The position numbers and the translations under genes were made by a program. Of a stretch of DNA of 64,000 nucleotides, positions 57,128 to 64,000 are shown one piece after another. Origin of the DNA: Octopus vulgaris (taxonomy: Eukaryota); the NCBI GenBank assembly GCA_951406725.2, contig OX597833.1, positions 29,822,001-29,886,000 of the forward strand, in the 5' to 3' direction. How positions within the stretch are numbered: position 1 is the first letter of the stretch; each line of letters begins with the position of its first letter. The notes under the pieces are model-generated. The model ran no database searches. It was given only the letters and a program-made list of their open reading frames with translations, and was not told the origin of the DNA.

Positions 57128-58360
57128 TTGGGTCTAAATAATGCGGTTTTTTTCAATTGCATGAACTAAAAGTCAGAGGGGGACGGAATAAACTACTTGC
57201 ATCAACTTGCTATAAAAATAAGTAGTAATTTTACCTTGTCCTTATTCTTAATGCAAGTTTTGAAGAGTGCAGTTCAATTTTAACAGTTACCTTTTCAAAG
57301 CAGCGACAAAGGAGTGTATTCAGCATATTTTGCTTTATGAGTTCAATAAAGACAACAGCGCAATGGAGAGTGCGAGGAATAATAATGCAGTATATGGGGA
57401 TCGGACAATAAGTGTAAGACAGTGTCAACAGTTGTTCCAGAAATTCCAAGCTGGAAACTACAGCCTAGAAGATGAGCCTCATCATGAAGATCTGTAGAGC
57501 TCAACAAGAATGTCCTGCAAACCCTGGTGGAACAAAATCCTATTGTAACTGTTGAGAAACTAGCAAAGAAGCTTGGATTTGGTCATTCAAACCATTCATC
57601 AACACCTGTGTGCCATTGGAAAAGTCAGTAAATTGGTTCCTCCCAAACTTTCCAAGCCTAATCACATGCAGAGAGTGAATGTGTGCTCTTGCTGTCACGT
57701 CTTACAAATGAACCTTTTTTGGATCAAATAGTGACTGATGATGAGAAATGAATTCTCTATAAAAATGTCAAACGCTGAAGACAGTGGGTAGGGAAAGAAG
57801 AAGTACTAGCACCCCAGACTAAAGAAAGTCTTCACCCACATAAGGTGTTATTGTCTGTTTGGTGGGATATGAAAGGTTTATTCCACTTTGAACTTTTAAA
57901 CCCAAACCAAACAATAACAAAGGAGATCTACTGTGAGCAGCTTGAGTGGCTTAAGTTAGCGCTAGAAGAAAAATGACCATCTTTGGTTTCAAGATGAAAG
58001 GTGTTCAGAGTAATGCTTGGCCACATACAGCAAGGATGACATTCCAAAGGTTGGAACAGTTTGAATGGAAAACGATGCCCCACCCACCATATTTGCCGGA
58101 CATTGCCCATCTGATTATCATTTATTCTGCAGTCTTCAAAATCATTTGGTCAGAAAAAATGTGAATTCTGCAGACAGTACTGGAAGAGTATTTTTTGTCA
58201 CAGAGGAGTGAATTTTGGAAGAGGGGCCTTGCAAGTCTGCCAGATAGATGGAAGAGCATTGTTGAAAATGGAGTATATTTTTGATCAAAAAAGGACTTTG
58301 CCCTAATTTTGAAAAATAAAAGATGTATAAAAAATCTGCATTATTTTTGGGATGAACTAA
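57128..58360 (+). mobile_element. Full-length but inactivated mariner transposon
   Basis: TIRs TA|ttgggtc..taaataatgcggtttttt / aaaaatctgcattattt..ggatgaactaa|TA; transposase motifs IVTDDEK, VWWD, NA.PHTAR, HPPY.PDIA with stops and frameshifts. Confidence 0.9.
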
Positions 58361-58848
58361 TAATAATAATAACTATTATCTTCTGTCATATTTCTTAATT
58401 TTCCAAACACATAATTTGAGGAAATAAGTTAAACATGTCCAGAATTTTTTCATTCCAACTGTAGATTTAATACTAAAATTAAATATTTTACTGATTATTT
58501 CACTTTTTATTAGGAATGTGTATGTGCATGTGAGTATGTATGTGTATTTTCAAATTAAGTAGATGTATATTCAAATGACTAATGTGTAACAGTCTCAGAG
58601 AATGTGTATATAGGTATATATACATATGTATCTGTGTGTTTGTATGCATAATTTTGTGTGTATACATATGCATACATATACATGTATGTAGGAAGGGAAG
58701 GAGAGAAAATGAAGTTCACATACATATTAGACACACTCTCTCGTACCTATCTACATGTATGTGCATGTATATACACTACACTATTCACACACACACACAC
58801 ACAGTCATCGCTGAACTGTATGTGTAGATGTATTTATGTAGCTTTCTT

Positions 58849-58928
58849 CAGGGTGGGGTAAAGAAAGTAATCCCTATTTATAATGCTATTATATAACAAA
58901 TGTGGCAATTACTTACACTCCACCCTGT
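58849..58928. mobile_element. Tiny Tc1/mariner-like MITE
   Basis: CAGGGTGG..AAAGTAAT / ATTACTT..CCACCCTG|TA. Confidence 0.45.
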
Positions 58929-60662
58929 ATACGTATAGTTGTGTGTGTGTGTGTGTGTGTGTATTTATGTATGGTTGTGTGTTGTTGTCGTTGACTTGGC
59001 TCAATGTATAAAACATGCAAAACCTGTAACTGATAGTTTCCTGTTTCAAGATCCAGTTGCATTTCATTCATCTACCCAGAGCATAGAAGTTGGACTATCA
59101 CATATGTAGGGGTGTGGGGTAAGTGAAAGGGATGGTATAAAGTAAATTGGTTGCCAGCTTGGCTCAAGTTTATTTTATTTTTATTTTTAAATATTTTCAA
59201 TGTACTGGGGTATAAGTTATAGTGGTGCTTAGGTGGCTGGTAGTGTTAAGTCTTAAAGAATGATTGTCTTTATGTCAGTCTTAACAGAATTCCTGCTTTA
59301 AGGTCTACTGGCATAAGATTTGCTGTGTGAAAGTGAAATGGCTTCCTGATTTTGAATGCTCTCTGTCTCTCTCTCTCTATCTCCCTTCTATCTTCCTCTA
59401 TATTTACATTTCTGTTAGTCTATCTTATCTATTTATCTCTATCAATCTTTGTCTGTCTGTCTATGTATCTATCTACCTATCCATCTATCTTTCTAGCTGT
59501 GTATCTTTCTACCTTACTAGCTGTGTCTGTCTGTCTTTTTATCTGCTTCTGCCTATCTGTCTCTCTGTCTGTCTATCTAGCTCTCTCTCTCCCTTTCTCT
59601 CTCTCTCTCACTCACTCACTCAAACGTGTGTATATGTTTTTGTGAATGCATTAATGTATCTAGTTTTAATATAGCTTTGAACTTGATAACTTCAGCCAGG
59701 TCATACTTGAATTTCTGTTTGTCAAACTTTGACAATGTAACTTTTTGTACATAGAAGTGCATGCATACATGCATGCACACACACATTTTTCTCCATGTGT
59801 GTGTGTGTGTATTATGTTGCTAATATATAGTTTTGTTTTTCTTTTTCTTTGGCAGTTTTTTTAGGTGAGTGGGGGATTGTCTTTGTGATTTGTGTTGCTT
59901 TCCAAGATTATCTGTCTAAATTTACCATTATAAATATATTATGTAATTTGATGATACTTTTCTTTATTTCAGAATAATGAATAATGATAAAAATTTATGT
60001 CAGTAGCAGTAATACTACTACTAATGATAATGATAAAAGTAAATAAAGGAAATTTTAAAGTGGAATGATGGATGAGAAGTTCAACATGATGTAATTCTGT
60101 TTGAATTATTGTTCTATTCATGTGTTGTTGAAAATTAAAGAAGACCTTTATCATGGTGGTTCACAATGCATCGAGTTTAAAGTGCAAGACCCACTTCATA
60201 TATTATACTCCAATTGTCTTATAAGGAATAGATTTTAAAATAATGAAATTCATTGTGAAATATAAGTTAACTATTGGTTCTTTAATAATATGGTGTACAT
60301 AGATTTTATTTTGAAAGCATTAGTAGTCATCATCATCATCATCATCGTCGTTTAGCGTCCGTTTTCCATGCTAGCATGGGTTGGACGGTTCTACTGGGGT
60401 CTGTGAAGCCAGAAGGCTTCATCAGGCCCAGTCAAATCTGGCAGTGTTTCTACGGCTGGATGCCCTTCCTAACGCCAACCACTCCGTGAGTGTAGTGGGT
60501 GCTTTTTACGTGCCACTCCGCACAGGTGCCAGACAGAGCTGGCAAACGGCCATGAACGGATGGTGCTTTTTATGTGCCACCGGCACAAGGGCCAGGCGAG
60601 GCTGGCAACGGTCACGAAACGGGGCGGTGCTGGCAACGGTCGCGAAACGGAAGGTTCTCTTA

Positions 60663-60953
60663 CATGCCACCGGCACTGGTAACACATCTGCAATTTCCAT
60701 TGATCGATTTCCATTCTGATCCTCACTTGCCTCAACGGGTTTTCACAAGTAGAGTTTCAACATGCCACCGGCACTGGTAACACATCTGCAATTTCCATTG
60801 ATCGATTTCCATTTCTGATCCTCACTTGCCTCAACGGGTCTTCACAAGTAGAGTATCGACATGCCACCGGCACTGGTAACACATCTGCAATTTCCATTGA
60901 TCGATTTCGATTCTGATCCTCACTTGCCTCAACAGGTCTTCACAAGTAGAGTT
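60663..60953. repeat. 98-99 bp tandem triplication in the RTE 3' UTR
   Basis: catgccaccggcactggtaacac... starts at 60663, 60761 and 60860. Confidence 0.93.
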
Positions 60954-61026
60954 TTGTGTCCCAAGAAGGGAAGGTATGCATACGTAGGCTGGCTCCATCC
61001 CAAGTAGAAGGCCACGGGTTATGGAC

Positions 61027-63966
61027 TCACTTGTCCTGCCGGGTCTTCTCGCGCACAGCACACTTCCATAGGACTCGGTCTCTAGTCATTTCCTCAGTGA
61101 GACCTAAAGTTCGAAGGTCGTGCTTCACCACCTCGTCCCAGGTTTTCCTGGGTCTGCCTCTTTCACAGGTTCCCTCAACCGCTAGGGTGTGGCACTTTTT
61201 CACACAACTATCTTCATCCATTCTCGCCACATGACCATACCAGCGCAATCGTCTCTCTTGCACACCACAACTGATGCTTCTTAGGTCCAGCTTTTCTCTC
61301 AAGGTACTTACACTCTGTCGATTATGAACACTGACATTACACATCCATCGGAGCATACTGGCTTCATTTCTTGCGAGCTTACTCATATCCTCAGCAGTCA
61401 CGGCCCATGTTTCACTGCCATGTAGCATGGCTGTTCGTACACACGCATCATACAGTCTGCCTTTCACTCTGTGCAAGAGGCCTTTTGTCACCAGCAGAGG
61501 TAAGAGCTCTCTGAACTTTGCCCAAGCTATTCTTACTCTAGCAGTTACACTTTCAGCCCACCCGCCCCCGCTGCTGACTTGGTCACCTAGGTAACGGAAA
61601 CTATCAACTATTTCTAGTTTTTCTCCCTGGAAAGTGACGGAAGTTGGTCTCAGAGCATTTTCAGTGTTTATTGTTCCTGAGCATCTGCCACATACAAAAA
61701 CCATCTTCCTAGTTAGCCTTCCTTTGACATTGCTGCACCTCTTATGTGTCCATAGCTTACACTTGGTGCATCTTATAGAGTTTCTACCTACACCTTTTCT
61801 ACAGATCGAGCAGGGCCATCTACCTGAAGGCGTTTGTGATTTGTCTACCTTCCTACTGATTACAACTTTGGTTTTAGCTAGATTGACTCTGAGGCCCTTC
61901 GATTCTAATCCTTGTTTCCACACCTGAAACTTCTCCTCCAGTTCTGATAGCGACTCAGCAATTAGAGCAAGGTCATCAGCATAGAGGAGCTCCCAAGGGC
62001 ATCCTGTCTTGAATTCCTCCGTTATTGCCTGGAGGACTATGATAAATAGGAGGGGGCTGAGTACTGAGCCTTGGTGGACCCCTACCTCTACCCGGAATTC
62101 TTCACTGTACTCGTTTCCAACCCTCACCCTACTAGCAGCGTCCCTATACATGGCCCGCACAGCTCTCACTAACCATTCATCTATCCCTAGTTTCCTCATT
62201 GCCCACCAGATAAGGGATCGGGGGACCCTGTCGAAGGCTTTCTCCATGTCAACAAAAGCCAGGTACAGGGGCTTATCTTTGGCTAGGTATTTCTCCTGCA
62301 GCTGCCTTACCAGGAATATAGCATCAGTAGTACTTTTCCCTGGCACAAACCCAAACTGCATCTCATCTAAACTAACTCTCTCTCTAATTAGTTGGGCTAT
62401 GACCCTCTCCGTAACCTTCATCACCTGATCCAACAGCTTGATACCTCTGTAGTTATTTGTATCTAGGGCGTCACCTTTACCTTTGTAGCAGTTGACTATT
62501 ATGCTGCTACACCAGTCATTGGGTATGACTCCTTTGTGTATCACCTGATTAACTATATGGGTGACTAGGCTATAGCCGACACTACCAGACATTTTGAGCA
62601 TCTCTGCAGTGATTCCTGATGGGCCTGGGGCTTTTCCTGTCTTCATGCTTCTAATTGCCTTAGCTACCACGGAACTATCAACTCGGATAGCTGGTCCCTC
62701 TGTTGGGTCAACATTCGGCAGACTCTCTTTATCCCATTCATTTTCTTTATTCAGCAAACTTTCATAGTGGCATCTCCAAACCTCTCTCTTTGCATCCTCA
62801 TTTAGCGCAAGTGAACCATCTTCCATGCGAACACACTTCTCTCCTACCACATCACGATTCTCTCTCACACACTGTCTTGCAACGCGAAACACCTCCAGTC
62901 TTTGGTCCTCACGGCGCAGAACATTGGCAAATTTTTTCTTATCTGCTTCCCCTCTGGCTAAATAAACCTGTCTCCTAGCTTCTCTTTTGGCAGTCTGATA
63001 CAATTCCCTGCTACCCCCATTTTTCCAAACCTTCCAAGCCTGTCTCTTTTCTCTAATAGCCCTGTCTACAATATCGTTCCACCACCACGTTATTCTAGGT
63101 CGAGAGGGGACTTTGCACCAGCCACAGATCTGGTCAGTGGCTCTCAGCAGGTTGTCCCTTAGAAACGTCCAGCTGTCTTCTACCCCCTGTGATGCTCTAT
63201 CCCCTTCTACTTCGTCAGAGGCTTCAAGTAATATGTCTCTAAATCTCTGTCCATTTGCAGGATCTTTAAGCTTCCAGACCTTTCTTCTCCATATTGGTCG
63301 TCTTCTGGTTGTCCTCCTAGTCCTGATCCTAAAGTCACTAACTACCAGTCTATGTTGTGGGGTACATTCTTCACCTGGGAAGGTTTTGGCATTTATAAGC
63401 AGCCATCTCTCCCTTTGCCTTGCAAGGATGTAGTCAATTTGGCTGGTATGTTGGCCCGATCGGTAAGTGACTAGGTGGCTGGTAGGTTTCCTGAAGTTAG
63501 TGTTGCAAATCATAAGATTATTTGCATCGCAGAACTCCAGCAGCCTGGTTCCCTCCTCGTTTCGGGAGCCATAGCCATAGCCTCCATGTACGCCATGGAA
63601 GCCCCCAGCATGTCGTCCAACGTGACCATTGAAGTCACCAGCCACAAAGATAAGGTCTCTGTCGTTCGTCAACGAGGTAGTCTGCAGTAGAGTGTCATAG
63701 AATCGGTCTTTCTGTCCATCGGGTAGCCCCGACTGAGGAGCATAGGCTGATATAATGTTTGCTAAACTATGATGAAGCACTAATCTAATCTTAAGTATTC
63801 TGTCACATACTCTGATTACCTCAATTACTTTATCTACCCATTTCTCAGCGATAAGTATACCCACGCCACCAACCCCGTCAGTGTTCCCTGCCCAGAAAAT
63901 CTTGTACCTGCGTTCCTTGCCTGTGAGGAACCTAGCTGATCCTCCTCTCCACCTTATTTCTTGCAT
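61027..63966 (-). CDS. RTE LINE polyprotein: AP endonuclease, reverse transcriptase and inserted PHD-type finger
   Basis: 979 aa uninterrupted: QE.RW, GVG, GDFNGH, IDY, QH; KAPG, NYRGI, KAFDRV, GVHQGSVLSP, YADD, YLG. The first APE motif is absent, so it is probably 5'-truncated by a few dozen codons. Confidence 0.95.
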   Translation of the reverse strand: MQEIRWRGGSARFLTGKERRYKIFWAGNTDGVGGVGILIAEKWVDKVIEVIRVCDRILKIRLVLHHSLANIISAYAPQSGLPDGQKDRFYDTLLQTTSLTNDRDLIFVAGDFNGHVGRHAGGFHGVHGGYGYGSRNEEGTRLLEFCDANNLMICNTNFRKPTSHLVTYRSGQHTSQIDYILARQRERWLLINAKTFPGEECTPQHRLVVSDFRIRTRRTTRRRPIWRRKVWKLKDPANGQRFRDILLEASDEVEGDRASQGVEDSWTFLRDNLLRATDQICGWCKVPSRPRITWWWNDIVDRAIREKRQAWKVWKNGGSRELYQTAKREARRQVYLARGEADKKKFANVLRREDQRLEVFRVARQCVRENRDVVGEKCVRMEDGSLALNEDAKREVWRCHYESLLNKENEWDKESLPNVDPTEGPAIRVDSSVVAKAIRSMKTGKAPGPSGITAEMLKMSGSVGYSLVTHIVNQVIHKGVIPNDWCSSIIVNCYKGKGDALDTNNYRGIKLLDQVMKVTERVIAQLIRERVSLDEMQFGFVPGKSTTDAIFLVRQLQEKYLAKDKPLYLAFVDMEKAFDRVPRSLIWWAMRKLGIDEWLVRAVRAMYRDAASRVRVGNEYSEEFRVEVGVHQGSVLSPLLFIIVLQAITEEFKTGCPWELLYADDLALIAESLSELEEKFQVWKQGLESKGLRVNLAKTKVVISRKVDKSQTPSGRWPCSICRKGVGRNSIRCTKCKLWTHKRCSNVKGRLTRKMVFVCGRCSGTINTENALRPTSVTFQGEKLEIVDSFRYLGDQVSSGGGWAESVTARVRIAWAKFRELLPLLVTKGLLHRVKGRLYDACVRTAMLHGSETWAVTAEDMSKLARNEASMLRWMCNVSVHNRQSVSTLREKLDLRSISCGVQERRLRWYGHVARMDEDSCVKKCHTLAVEGTCERGRPRKTWDEVVKHDLRTLGLTEEMTRDRVLWKCAVREKTRQDK

Positions 63967-64000
63967 GCAAATTACATGTACATATGATGAAGCAGCTGCT

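Larger units (their letters stand above)
60328..63975 (-). mobile_element. Near full-length RTE-clade LINE (3' UTR 60328-61026, (GAT)n tail)
   Basis: Single APE-RT ORF, 3' UTR with tandem repeats and CCATGCTAGCATGG palindrome, (cat)n at 60328. Confidence 0.96.

Noticed and set aside
61634-63690. Plus-strand ORFs overlapping the RTE ORF
   Set aside because: Antisense shadows of a coding strand, with no recognisable motifs.

Overview
Eukaryotic (animal) genomic DNA, very AT-rich and made almost entirely of transposable elements and microsatellites. The repeat repertoire (huge (TA)n/(TATG)n tracts, tRNA-derived SINEs, RTE LINEs with (GAT)n tails) resembles an octopus genome; this is inference. 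I cannot confidently identify any host protein-coding gene. Content: the 5' half of a CR1/L2-group LINE whose ORF1 has a Myb/SANT-like domain and a CCCH finger; CR1/L2-group 3' fragments; a nearly complete RTE-clade LINE with a PHD-type finger inside the RT region, plus many truncated copies; a Penelope-like element (GIY-YIG) with a clean type I hammerhead ribozyme, an inverted pseudo-LTR and a putative retained intron; several further hammerhead-like motifs with non-canonical cores; non-autonomous Helitrons; mariner, Tigger, piggyBac-like and hAT-like elements; two SINE families; long inverted repeats; and minisatellites. All of the long YIYI-type ORFs are microsatellite artefacts. Coordinates were read by eye and may be off by a few bases.
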